Source of the DNA: Octopus vulgaris
Lineage: Eukaryota
Assembly (NCBI GenBank): GCA_951406725.2
Contig: OX597818.1
Span: 11,966,001-12,030,000 of the forward strand
Length of the DNA stretch: 64,000 nucleotides
Reading direction: 5' to 3'
Shown here: one piece after another, positions 13,381-27,082 of the stretch
Layout: each line of letters opens with the position of its first letter
How positions within the stretch are numbered: position 1 is the stretch's first letter
The notes under the pieces: generated by a model
The model's input: only the letters and a program-made list of their open reading frames with translations
Database searches by the model: none
What the model was told of the DNA's origin: nothing
Position numbers and translations under genes: made by a program

Positions 13381-14225
13381 CATTATTATTATTATTATTA
13401 TTAATATTAATGCGGTGAGCTGACAGAATCCTTAGCACGCTGGACAAAAATGCTTAGCGGTATTTCGTCCGTCTCTGCGTTCTGAGTTCAAATTCCACCG
13501 AAGAAGGCTTTTCTTTTCATCTTTTCACGGTCGATAAAATAAATACCAGCTGAGCACTGGGGTCGATGTAACCGACTTACTTCCTCCACCGACACCGAAT
13601 TTGCTGGCCTTGTGTCAAATTCGGAACCATTATCACTATTATTTAGGTGGTAAGCTGACAGAATCGTCAGCACCCCGGACAATATGCTTAGTAGCATTTC
13701 TCTCTTCTTGCTCTCAAATTGTGTCTCTTATTTGTCATCTCTGTTGATTCAACTATGTCAAAGTGGGAGAGAAAGAACATTGTCATTTTATAAGATTTTG
13801 CGGGCAATTGAGTCATCCAGATCTTATCTTGATACAGTATTCTATAGGAAAAGCGTGAGTTGTCCACAATTTAGAGTGATCGGTTGCACAGACAACACAT
13901 TTGTAATGTATTCGGTTGACCTCGATAAACTTTATAGGTTACTGGAAGCTGAACGTATCATCTCGGCGCGTAAAGCTTACAGAGATCAGATCAACGAATA
14001 GTTAAACGGGCATTGACATGTCCTTCATCTGCAGATTAGATACCTGATACCAGACCTGTATTACGTCTATGAACAGAAACATAGAAAGTATTCTCCTATG
14101 AGGTCATATTAATTTTCTTTCCTTTTGCAGCCACCTTTCCCCACATCATAGTCATAGACAACATGCAATTAAAACCCACAAATGCAAGGCCTCAGAATCT
14201 CTTGAGCTATCTTGGCTGTATCACA

Positions 14226-14380
14226 TCTATTATATAAAATCCGTTCTGTCTGTCTGTGTGTGTGTCTTCCAGGATCTCTGGCATCCTCCATCCGATTGCG
14301 CACAAATTTGATATGTAGACACCGACAGTATCAGGGTGTGTATAAATCTTGAAAAAATTACAAAAATCGATTCCAGGTGA
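14226..14380 (+). mobile_element. Non-autonomous Helitron-like repeat 5' part; second copy at ~23976-24131
   Basis: Both start tctattatataaaatc followed by (TCTG/TG)n and a shared body. Candidate 3' hairpin end cacgggcaacgtcggggtgcattgctcgt at ~15948-15976. Confidence 0.55.
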
Positions 14381-14749
14381 GGCCTATGGGACGGTCGAAC
14401 AAGTTGTTTTGAGAAAATTTGGTTTAAATGATTGACAACTCAGCACCGTCCATTGGACGGGGGGGGGGGCGTTTTGCTTGTCTTTAATATAGCAAAAGAA
14501 GTGCACCACAAAAGATTGGTTTTTTGTTTAATATAATGAACACTATATATATATATAATATATGCTGTTTGGTTGAAGCATACACAAGGTGTCTCAGAAT
14601 TAACTATTTATTTCAGTGTAATCAGACAATTTTGTTAACGTAAAAACTCATTTTTATTTATGTTTACCATGTTTAATATGTATTAAAAGTATATAAATTT
14701 TTACTGAGAATTTACAAAAAAACAAAAGACGAAGACGGGTGTGTAAACA

Positions 14750-14803
<54 letters not shown>

Positions 14804-15689
14804 CGTGTGTGTGTGTGAATGCGTGCATATGTTCCTTATGGATTCGAAAATTGAGCTGCTGATTTTGACGCATGAGGTATCAAAAAATTCAGCAATCTTT
14901 CGGCTACCAAATAAAGTATGTTTTTTGCACATTCCTTTTTTACTACAAAAATAACCTCGAAAACGAAGGCGGGACACACAATTTCGAGGTCTTTAGCTAA
15001 AGGAGGCAACTCTGCTTGAACAATCTTAAAATACATGGAGTTTTACCAGGGAATGAAACTTCAAAAATATACCGTCAACTTTATTAATAATATTTAGTGG
15101 ATAATGTTTTAATGTGAAATATGTTTGTCTGTTTGTATAGCCCAGAGTTGCCTCTGATGTAGCAGACCCATCGCATAGTTATTTTTTTTTCTTCCTGAAA
15201 TATTTTTAAGAGAGATTAAGCTGCTATTTGTAGTAGTTCAAGTTACCATAGAGACACCTCTGTGTATGTGTGTTTTGTTGTGGTGAAAAAAACAAAAAAT
15301 TTTTCTCGGAAGATTTTGCACAATAAATTTTAAAGAAATCTGGACATCTTTCTTATTGCTAACCATTCAACCTCAAATTACAATTGTTAATTGTCGGAAA
15401 TCAAGTACACTGAGGTGCACATAGAGTGGAAGTTCAGTTACGAAGTTTTGAACTCATTATCTTGTGGTTAGTAATCCATTATCTTAAATTTGAAGCCATT
15501 AAGTTTTTAAATATTATTTTACTGGGTTTAGTTTTGCGACTGTCACCATGATCATACTGACCTCAGTACGTATTTTAATCTGGTACCTATTTTATAGATC
15601 TCTGCTTGGTTAACTGCTAACTTTGAGGCGTAGTGGGACACAATACTCGATTTGACAACAAATGTAAACACACACACACATATTAGGTG

Positions 15690-15835
15690 CAAGAATGTCT
15701 GTGTGGTTGAGAAGTTTGCTTCCCAAACACATGGTTCCACGTTTAGTCCCTCTGCATGGTACCTTGGGCAAGTGCTTTCTACTATAGCCCTAGGCCAACA
15801 GACTTATGACTGAATTTGCTGGACGGAAACTGTAG
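15690..15835 (+). mobile_element. tRNA-derived SINE family B (also ~420-530(+), 6250-6380(-), 46415-46512(-))
   Basis: gtggt.agaagtttgcttccca..cacatggttc..g.ttcagtccc.ctgca ... gacggaaactg recurs in all copies. Confidence 0.8.
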
Positions 15836-16502
15836 CGTTGTTCATCAGAAAATGACCCAAAAATATGTTTATAAAGAAGAGCTGATCTTATGCCGATTCT
15901 TCACATAAGAAAAGAACAAATAATACAATGTAGCTGTAGGTCATAACCACGGGCAACGTCGGGGTGCATTGCTCGTAAATTTTATAATTCTAATAATTTT
16001 TCTATGATTTTATTTTCATTCCTGTTGAATCCCGCTTATCTGTCCACGACAGCTTTTTATCAATTTGACTACAATCATTTTCTCTACCTCCCATTCCCAG
16101 GATGGAGCAATAGTTTTGCTGAACTTAAAGAGCGCATTCAATTAACAGTGTTGGAGATAAATCCTAAAAATACTTATTTTATTTACATGAAAGAAAATTA
16201 CTGGAGACCTATCATCTAATTCTTTCAGATCTTTCTGTTTCTAAGGATAGACTTGAAATTTGCAAGGTTACAGACGGAGCATATGTTGAATATTTTCAAT
16301 AAAGTTTTGACGTAAGATTTATAAATCTACTTGTTTTGGTATCGTAATTAAGTTAGAAACGTAAAATTCTTTCACTTTTTAAATTTTGACCGATTTCATT
16401 GAAATAGATTGTTAATTTTGGGACACCGTGTATAATATATACTTCAACAAAATAGAAATATATATCATAAAATTATATTGGTGCCTTACCAAGAAAAAAA
16501 AA

Positions 16503-16567
16503 AAAGCAAAGGCTTATGTTGATGTCACGTTAAAGCAAAGGCTTATGTTGATGTCACGTTAAAGCAA
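16503..16567. repeat. Exact 29-bp tandem duplication
   Basis: aaagcaaaggcttatgttgatgtcacgtt x2.2. Confidence 0.9.
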
Positions 16568-16904
16568 CCTTTCTTTTTTTTTTTAAGTTTCCTCACCTCT
16601 TCAGTTTTCCTATGTTTTTAGTATCTTGTATTTTTAAACTTCTCAATCCGATTCATAAAGAAGGGATGGTCTCGTCGTTAACTGACCAATTCTAATACGA
16701 AGGAATCGAAACGCGGTCGTTCGACCCGCTTTAAATTGCAACGAAATCTCGCAAATCTCACCTTACTCTTTTATACAAAGGAGTACGAACCAAAGATGTT
16801 GGTCCATGTGGTTGCATTAGCTGCTGAAAATAATCACCGAATTGTCCTCAAAGTGCACCCAATCGTCTGCAAAAAGGGAAGGAGATGTATTTATCCAGGG
16901 TTTC

Positions 16905-17321
16905 AGATCTTTTCGGTTTGAACGGCAGTTTTTAACATAATTTCTAGGTAACTAAAAAATTTTAAACTTCGTATACTGGTAGAATGTGTCAAAATAGAAC
17001 ATCTTTTTCTCTTGGCTTTATTGAGAAAATTCTATAGTTTGTAAGATATTTGTTGTTTTTCTTCTTCAATTTCTGCAATTTCAACCAATCAATGACGTCT
17101 ATTGAGGTAAAAAAAAACATTCTGTGCCGTATAAATATGTCCCTCGTTTAAGAAACAGATTGGGTTTATTTACATTTGTGAAGAAAAAAAGATACCCTTC
17201 CCCCCACCCCTAACCCTAAAACAGGTTGAAATGCAATAGATTGATACTAGGGTCATAATTATGGGTGACAATTTCATATGACACCGCTAGAAAAAAACTG
17301 CCGTTCAAACCGAAAAGATCC
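16905..17321. mobile_element. MITE with ~28-bp TIRs and 8-9-bp TSD
   Basis: gatcttttcggtttgaacggcagttttt / aaaaactgccgttcaaaccgaaaagatc. Direct repeat agggtttc at 16897-16904 and 17322-17329. Confidence 0.9.
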
Positions 17322-20300
17322 AGGGTTTCTTTTACTATATATATTCCACCCCCAAGCAAAGTCAGTATGGCTACGGCTTGAATACCATTGATCATTAGTC
17401 TGCTTAATCTTGGCTGGCCTGAGTCTAAATAAAAGCAACAGTAGCAGCAGCAGCAACAACAACTGATGCAAATGCAACATATAAAAAGAAATATAATGAA
17501 CAACAAATTCCCTGACATAGAAAGCAAGGGATGATGAAGGATGAATTAATCTACTGGATCAAATCTAACTAGTGGCAAAATGAGAACAGCTATAACTATT
17601 CTTTTTTTTATATACGGAAAGTAAGCAATATGAAACCACATGTACGTAATTTGTTCACCTTTGGAATGCAGGCGCACACACACACATCTTATACACTGGA
17701 GCTAGAAAAAAAAAATGCGGGGATCTTTTCTGTTTGGTTGGAAATTTTAAAGTTTAGTGAAAATTTTAAAATTTGGTGTACTAATGTAGTTTTCCAAGCT
17801 GAATCTCTGGAGATATTTCACTTTTTCCAGAAAAAAATATTTGTAAAAGAAAGTTATAGAGGTTTAAAGTTTGATAATTTTCACTCAGTCGGAAAACAGG
17901 ATTTGGAAGCTGTCGTTTTGTGCGTGACGCGTTTTAATATAAACTGTAAATAAATCAACTACTTTACGTACGACATATAACCCCTCGTAAATCTTTTAGT
18001 TTTTGGAATATTCAGAAAAATTTTGTGAATTTATTTATTAATTTAGGGCGAAAATGAATTTCAAGGTATTGATTAGCATATAAGCATATTAGCATATATT
18101 GAAATGGCAATGTATAGCTAAACTTCACATGGTAGAATGTGGTTAAACGTGATATGGAAGTGTATAGCTAAACACCACATGGAAATGTGTACAAACCACA
18201 TGTTAGCATCCAGCTGAGCACACTATGATTGTGTAGTTAACATATGTCAGCGTGCAGTTAAACACCATATGGCAGTGTATAGCTAACCATCAACTGGATG
18301 CACGTAGTTGACACAATCGTATTTAGTTACGGCCCTTTATAATCAAATTTCTGATCCCAACTTAGATCAACTTCATGTTTATCTTACAGGGGTCATTAAA
18401 ATACCGTACCAACCAAGACACTGAGATAGTTTTGTATTCCTTTAATGAATCTTAAATGTGAAAACAATTATTATAAAAGAAAAACTAGATCAGGGCCGAG
18501 GTGGGACTGTATTTATTGATGATGCTTTTCGCCTTCCATAGTAGGACGGCAAGCGATCCAAGCGCATTCTCAATTGTTTAACATGTAAGTGTTTGTTGTT
18601 TTGTTTTTCATGCAGGTTTCCATTTCTGAATGTGTTTATCTGGGGCTTCAGTTTTGTTACGTGTGTGGATTAGTTATAAGGGTTTACTTTTTATTAATTT
18701 ACCATATTTTTATCACAGCATTTGTCGGGTACGATGACATTTTGCGGTATCGTTAGTTCTACGTTTCATTTTTATCGTTGTTTCGTCATCATCACGATTT
18801 TAAGATAAAACTACAACCCCACTGTATCAGCTTTCGTTTGCTATGGATACAGTTTCTAGTTTTCATTTGTTTGTTCAGACAAATATACAAGTGCCTACGT
18901 GCTAGTTACAAATCAGAAGTGGACCGAACTGTAGAGAGAGAAAGAGCCAAACTGCTGCATCGCACCTAACTTTAACCATTTGCTGGTCGTAATATGTACG
19001 GTCCTCAACAAAGTGATGGTATGGTATAATATCTGTAGACCTTTGGATTGCATCTAGTCATTCGACTGTCTTATCGGTCTGCTCAGTAAAAACCTCACGT
19101 GAAATTAAACATATATTCGATATAAATATATGAATGGTTTCTCAGGTTTACTTTGTACTTTATAGAGGATATCGTCTATGGAATATATTCAAGTTATACG
19201 GTTGCTAATTCTCTCAATCATTGAAGCAAGAATAATAAAGTTTTTTAGAGCATAATTAGAATCCATGATGCAATTAATTATACATTTAGCTAACCAACGA
19301 TAGACTTTCTACTTGCAGTTTGAGCGACTGGAAACGGCAGCTAAATATCCCTCAGACCCAGCTGTTTCTGTTTTAAAAATAGAAGCTCATATTTGATAAT
19401 ATATTTTTCGATATCCCACTAAAAAGCCCTGTCTTGTGATTAAGCGGGTTTATTTTTATTAAAAACAAATCTAGTTCTTGAATTTAAATTAATGTAATCT
19501 TAAGTCAATTACGCTAAATTTTAAATCCTTATTTTCTTTCATGAATATATTTGGTTTGTAACTTCTCCCCAGCTGTTATAGGAAGTAGTAAACATAACTA
19601 TGGTCCGTTAGCCCTTGGACGATCTCCGTTCTTAGACAATGGAATATTTTTGAATTCAAAACCATATATTTAAACGCAATTTCTTTCTTAAATTAGAAGA
19701 TTGGTATTATTCTAAAATATTAACTCGTCTCCCGCGAAACACGCCCTTTATTAATTATTGTAATTTTTTATGGACAGTTATAATTTACTATTTTGGATTG
19801 AAAACGAAAAGAAAATAATAAAAATAAGTTTGTATCATATTGATAAAATCAGAATCACGAAACAAATGCTGATTATTCTAAATGTTAACTTTATCACTAA
19901 CCTAAGTCGTTACTAATTCCTAACCGTTAATTATATTCCTAAACATCAACCCTCTTATCAAACTGAACCCTAATCCATACTCTCAGCCTTAATAATTTAA
20001 CTCTGTTCATAATCCAGGAATAATCCCCCTTCACCTGACTAAAACAATAAAATACAGAATTTTATCTTTTTTTTCTTTTCCTTTCAAATATGTCACACAA
20101 TGTGTTTATTCTTTAGCTTTAGGTCAGTACTTATTGGAGATCAATGATCAAAATATATTCCAGCTGTGATGATCCATGTTCTTTTTTTTTTTTTTTTGAG
20201 TCGATTTCTAAGATTACATTACTCAGTGTTTTTTTTTCCTTTTAGGTATAGTAGTCTTTTGATTTGAGGGATATTCGGTTGCTATTTGTAGCAAGCTGAA

Positions 20301-22184
20301 CAACTGCAGAGATGCTCATTTGCTGTTTTCTCTTATGTCTGCCCTGACTCAGTAGATTTCTAATGAAAACCATTCCATCCATAACTATCTCGTCATTATT
20401 TTTCTTAAACACAGAACTACATTTAATTTGCTTCTCTTTTAAAGACAGTAGCGTGTAACTTGAAGGAGATTTGGTAGCTACTTCTAGCAGCTCGATAACC
20501 ACATAACGGTTCCCATATTGTTTCATTGTGTCCTTCATCTAATTTCAGGAGGAATTTGTTGCTACTTCTAGCAGGTCGAATGTCTGCATATATGCTTCCT
20601 CAATGGTTTATAAATATTTATATTGCGTTTATGTTAATCTTTTGGAACTTCTTACTCAGTTAAAAACTATAATCATTTCTTTATTTAATAATTATTTCAA
20701 ATGTTTGCACAAGGCCAGCCATTTCGGGGCGAGGGAGTAAGTCGATTACATCGATCCCATTGTTCAACTGGTACTTATTTTATCGACCCTTGAAGGATGA
20801 AAGGCAAAGTTGACCTCAGCGGAAATTGAACTCAGAACGTGAAGACGGTCGAAATTCCACTGAGCATTCTGTAACGGTATGCTAACGATTCTGCCAGCTC
20901 GCCGCCTTTTTCTTTATTTAATAATAATCATTCAATATCATAAATACAACATTCCTCCGGAACAAAATTTCCTTCGCCTCTAAATCATACGAGGCTATAA
21001 TTAAGAGTTATTTCCCTTGGTTTATTATATTTCTTAATCGATAAATACTGAACTCGATTATCTCTCACCCATATATCTCGAATTACAGGTCTTGAGGAGC
21101 CTCACCTATATATCTCTAATTACTCTGCCTTAGGAAGTTATTCGTACTACCTTTCCTGTTCAGGTTAACACATATTCTATTACAATAATCTCTCTATATT
21201 TATCTATGCTCACTTATCTTAACCGGCCTGCCAGACCAATTGGCATCAAGTCCGTATACAAATACTCTAATCACTGGGCCATGTCCATGTATTCTCTCTC
21301 TGCCTTTTCTATCGCAATTACAGTGATCTGCTTTTCTGTCACGTACTCCACACTCGTCTCTTCTCTAGCCACCTAGTCACTCTCCTCGCTCACTTGTCAC
21401 TACTTCCAGTCATTGCTCTCCGCTTGAATTTCCCCCATACACATGGTTTTTCCATTCGACTCTTTTAACTGTGTTGTTCTCCACTTTGGGTGTCTGCAAA
21501 TGGAATAACAATATGTTTATAATATCTAACTTTGCAACTATTCCTTTCTTTCTACCAAACCAATAATAATAAAAAAAAAAAATAATAAAATTCATTCGTT
21601 CGTTTATTCAACGTCCGTTTTTCCATGCTAGTATGGTGTAGACTGGGACGTATTCGAGGCAAGATTTTACAGCCTGATACTCGTGCTGTCATCAACCTTA
21701 ACCTGCTTTTGAAAAAACGGAGTTTTTTTCTACCGATCTTTGAAAGTCCAGCAAGTCATAATGTCTACAAGGGATGTAAACATCATATCATCTGTCCTAC
21801 TCAGTTCTCATATTTGATGCTCATGTGTACTAATTAATTTTAGCCTGTGTTATTCTGTAACTTGAGCGGATCTAATACTACTTCCTGCTTTTTCCATATA
21901 ATCAAACTTTAATTTTTTTATCAGTCAACTAAGAATAATTTCAATGTAATCAGATTTTTTATTAGTTGACCAATGACAATTAAAATTTGTTTGCTGTGTG
22001 GAAAAATATTAAGCATCACAATTTAAGTCGAAATTTGTAAATGGCTGTGAAGTTGAGATATTGAGCTTCTGGCCATATGAGACAGTACACTCTCTCATGT
22101 TCCTTGAAGGTTGAGTGGTTTGTGGTAGGAAGGACATTCAGCAGAGGGGAAAAAAAATTATTTCAACAAAAACCATCTCCCGTA

Positions 22185-22384
22185 TTAACTTGGCATTTAA
22201 ACTGGTCATATCTGGCTCAAATATTATCAAGATCTGGTCTCTAACATCTCACTCTATGTCATTCTAAAAATAGACAATCACATCTTCAAAATCTTGAAGC
22301 TACATGATAATGTAAGATTAATTCAAAAGAATGCGAATAAATAAGTATTAAATTTAACAGTCATCTAAATGCTAAAGGGTTAAT
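22185..22384. mobile_element. TTAA-flanked (piggyBac-type) MITE; second copy at ~30214-30442
   Basis: ttaac..gcatt ... aatgctaaagggttaa termini. The two copies align along their length. Confidence 0.65.
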
Positions 22385-25193
22385 TGGTTTGATCTATGTC
22401 ACAGTTTCTTTCCTTTATTCTAAATTGGCAGAGTCATTAGCGTGTAGGCTCAGTTTGCAGTAGTCATTCCAGCTTTTTGCATTCTGTATTCAAATTTCAC
22501 CTGGTCACAGGTGATCACCTGATTACAAGAACACCCTGTCTTTTCTGCAACTGGGTCTACAACTAGTGCAGATAAATTTTCAATGACTTGCTGTGGTGTT
22601 ATCCATCAGTTGATGGAAAATAGCTGAATGTAATAGAAACCACACTTGTACCTATGAGAAACATGAACATTGCACAATTTCATTTCATTTTTGTACAGTT
22701 AATGCCTTGTGTCTATGTAAGAATTCAACATTTATAAGTCATTTAAGAAAAATACACTAAGGAGAATAGTGCATGCTGTTCAGTCTCGTCAACTAGTGTT
22801 TAGTATGTAGAAACTATACTGTTCTTTTTTTAAATTTCAGGTAACTAAATAAAATGGCTAGATACTAACCATCTCACCAGTGACATGCAGTTTTAAAAAA
22901 ATTGTGCACCAATGTCCTACCCGTGTTTTTCACACTAACTACTTATAACATGCACTCACAGTATACACAATTCATATTGAATTAACTAACTCACTTCAAG
23001 AAGTAATTAATATGTAAGTTACTTTATTTTTCTTCAATTTCTTTGTGAATTGGTACATAATAATTATCCTGTATGCTTTCTCTGACACATAAATGTGATA
23101 ATGTTGAAATAGCAGACTATCAAACAACAAATAGAGAGTGAATGTGTGAGTAATGTTTACTTTCGTGATGATGATGATCAGTTAATGTCTACGTTCCATG
23201 CTGGCTTAAGTTGGACAGTTTGACAGGATCCGAAGAATCTGAAGACTGCATCTGATCAAGTGTCTTTGACATGGTTTCTACAACTGGATGCCCTTCCTGA
23301 TGCCACCATTTTACTGTGTGTATTAGATGCATTTTTCACGGCATCTACACTTGTGAGGTTAGCCTGAAAGACTAAGATCCCCTTTGAGTGGAACTATAGT
23401 AGAGAGTGAGGCAGCTTTTTGCTATGTGGGAGAAGGGGCCAGAAAAGAAGAGGTTCCTTGCTATATAGGGGGAGCTATATGGTTAGGTTAGTCACATTAT
23501 AGAAGAGATGGTAGGAGTGGCTTGACTGAAGCTGGAAAGAGATAGAAATACTGGTGATGTGGTGTTAGAGTAGTACCTGAAGATAATCGGACTGAATACC
23601 CGATTGCATGGTTAAACCATTGGGAGTGAAGGACTCCTAGCCTTGTTAGGGTATCCTTCTAGGAGATGGTAACTCCGGTAACTGGGATAACTCTGACATA
23701 AAACCTGCTGTTCAGTGGTTACCAATGATGTTGACTTGTTCTTCTTTTCAGATTATGGCTGCTGTTGCTTAGTGAGTGGGATTGACTTAGTGCACAGCCT
23801 TTCCTCACTTAAAAAAAAATCTTCTTGCACAGGCATTGCATGATAACAACATTGATTAAGCTTCGTGCAATGGCCATACTTGATAACGAGGGGGCAGCCA
23901 CCATGTATGTATGAATGTATGTATATCTATATATAAGTATGTATGTATATCTATATATAAGTATGTATGTATATATCTATTATATAAAATCTGTTCTGTG
24001 TGTGTGTGTGTGTGTGTCTTTTAGGATCTCAGGCATCCTTATTCCGATTGCACTCAAATTTGATATGTAGATACCGACGGTATCAGGGCGTGTATAAGTC
24101 TGGAAAAAATTGCAAAAATCGATTCCAGGTGAGAATGTGATCAATAAAGCCGTTTTTGTCCTGCTTTTCTTCCGTCAACCTGTACATAATTGCACTTCCA
24201 TTTTTTGTTGTTTTTGTACTGCTTAAAGGCACGTTTCTTTCCTGCCAAGCTTGCTGTTTAAACCATGTTTGTGTTCTCCCAGTCAACAGCCTTATCATTA
24301 CTGGTACTTTAAACTATTCGGTTGCATATTTGTGTGAATAAAATCGTTTTTCTTTGGAATGTATATATATTTATATATATGTATATGTGTGTATATGTAT
24401 ATATGTATGTTTAGGTATATATATGCATATATGTATATTGATAAACTTACTTGGAAATGGATGCATGGCAGTCAATCATATAATAATATATATGAAATAT
24501 ATATATATATATGCATATATACATGCATATATGTACATACATATATATATGTATATATATTTGCATATATGGGTACAGGATGTAGCCATATATACCCATA
24601 CATACATATGTATATATGTATGTATATATGTGTGTGTATATATATATATATATATGTGTATATATATATATATGTATGTATATGGATATTTCAACTGCTG
24701 CTTTCGGTTGATTATAGTTGCTGTCATTAATCTAAGTATACAATTATATACTTAGGCTGCAGCATTAGAGTGCTTTAGCTCTCATTTGTGGCATTGTAGG
24801 TGTTCTAACACCCTCAGTTATATTTAATGACAATTGTAGTTTGCCTTTTTGGTAACACATTGCTAAAATGCTGCCTATATTAATGATTTAGTTATATATA
24901 TATATATATTTTAACAGTTTAACTCAGCTCCATGTAACTTTGAATTTTGTAGACTCAAAATGAACCCCTGTCTCTAGATGCTTATGTGTTAGATTTGTTC
25001 TATGAGCCTAGGAAACTTAAAGTTGCATGGAGCTGAGTCAAACTGTTAGTTATTAAATAATATATGTAACTGCTACCAAATGTGTTGTGTGCCACTTTCT
25101 TTCATCTCTCCATTCACTCATATTTAAATTAATTTATATTTCTGATAAATATTAATTTTCTTTCTATTTTTCAGTCCATTAACAACAAAAACA

Positions 25194-25417
25194 ATGTTTC
25201 TCATTACACTCCTTGCAACACTTATCTACCCAAGACTGTTATTACTACTTCCTGTTGTATTGGCAGTTGGTCTACTCTTGGTTAGATTTTGGGTTAAGAG
25301 AAAATCAGCAAGAAAATTTCCAAACACTTTCACTATTGGATTCTTCCATCCTTACTGTAATGCTGGAGGAGGTGGTGAAAGAGTGCTGTGGACAGCTATT
25401 CGTGCTTTACAGATAAA
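25194..25417 (+). CDS. ALG11: ALG11 coding exon 1 (N-terminal membrane anchor plus [17 protein letters not shown] motif)
   Basis: ATG at 25194, hydrophobic N-terminus and the ALG11 signature [18 protein letters not shown]. Donor AA|gtaagt at 25418 (phase 2). An upstream polypyrimidine acceptor tttttcag ending at 25174 implies an earlier 5' exon. Confidence 0.93.
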
Positions 25418-26156
25418 GTAAGTTGAATTTTTGTGAATAATTGCATATTAATTCAATATTTATTGTACTTAATCTCTATTAAAGTATTAAGGTTTTTGAC
25501 AAAAATACAAAAATTATTTGATTTAAGAAGAAAAGAAATTCAACTAAATGTTAAACATACCAGAATGTAGAGCACTTTAAAAAACATGTATTTTTGACTC
25601 TAAATAATCAATCATGATACCCCATACATTTGTATATTTTGTGACACCCCTCGGTTGACCTGGTGGCACCCTGGGGTGTCGCAGCACACTGGTTAGGAAC
25701 CTATGCTCTAGAGGATGCATCATACTTATGAAATAGCATATGAGCAGGGGAAATAAACACAAGAATTGAGAATTCTCCAAAGTTGACATGACAGTTGTGA
25801 GTCAAATGATCCAGTTAAGTTAGCTCTATATGGGAGCTGTATTTGAGAAAGGCTTACTACTTACTAGAGATAGTGCAAGCAGTCTGTAATCAATAACTCT
25901 TTTGGTAGCTTTTAGTGCTATGTTAAAATGTTCTCCAAGTTATACTTTGGAAAGGGAGAAGCTAGTTTCAGTTGTGAACCAACAACTTGCTACATTTCAG
26001 GGCACCATACTACACAAAAAGTGTTGCATGAGTTTTAAGTTTATTTCTTGATTGTTTCATATTGTATTATCCTGTTTCTGTTACATGCAAAATAAAAGAA
26101 AATATTCAGAACTGTTTAAATTTTGATCCGTTGATATTTTCTTTTTCTCAATTCAG

Positions 26157-27082
26157 GTATGGCCCAAAAATAACCTGTGTTATATATACTGGAGATCTCA
26201 ACGTTAACGGCCAAGACATTCTTCATCGTGCTGAGCAGAGATTCAACATAGTTCTTCCACATCCAGTTGATTTTATCTTCCTGAAAAAACGAAAGTTTGT
26301 TGAAGCCAAAATGTACCCTCATTTTACTCTTCTCTGCCAAAGCCTTGGTTCTTTAATCATTGGTTTTGAAGCTCTATTTTCATTTGTACCTGACTTGTTC
26401 TGTGATAGTATGGGTTATGCTTTTACTCTTCCACTCTTTAGATATTTAGGTGGCTGTCAGGTTTCTTGTTATGTACATTATCCCACCATCAGCACAGATA
26501 TGATTAGTCTCATTACTGACCAGACGGCTACTTACAACAATTCAGCTTCAATTTCTTCAAATCCGGTACTGAGTCGTTTAAAACTTATATATTATAACAT
26601 ATTCGCATGGATATATTCTCTGGTTGGCAGGTGTAGCTCAGTTGTTATGGTCAATTCTTCATGGACATATGGACATATTTCATCTCTTTGGAAAGTCTCC
26701 AGTACTAAAATTGTATATCCTCCTTGTGATGTTACTGAGTTCCTCAAGATACCTTTACAGAGAGATTGCAAAATACATTCTATTATTTCCATTGGTCAGT
26801 TCCGCCCAGAGAAGGATCATCCATTACAGATTAAATCATTTGCCAAATTTTTGTCTCAAGTTCCTGAAAAATCACATTCTTTATATAAATTACAATTAGT
26901 TGGAAGTTGCCGAGACAGTGAAGACACTAAAAGAGTTTCAGAACTGAAAGAGCTGGCTTTAATTCTTGGTGTTTCGCACTATGTTGATTTCCACTTAAAT
27001 GTTTCTTTTAGTGACTTGAAACAACTATTATCTGAAGCTGAAATTGGTTTACACACAATGTGGAATGAACATTTTGGAATTG
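26157..27082 (+). CDS. ALG11: ALG11 coding exon 2 (GT-B/GT4 glycosyltransferase core)
   Basis: Acceptor ttttctcaattcag at 26156; AA+G rebuilds K in frame. Motifs [51 protein letters not shown]. Donor G|gtaag at 27083 (phase 1). Confidence 0.96.

Noticed and set aside
26062-26156. N-terminal extension of the 352-aa ORF
   Set aside because: Intronic open frame upstream of the true acceptor at 26156.
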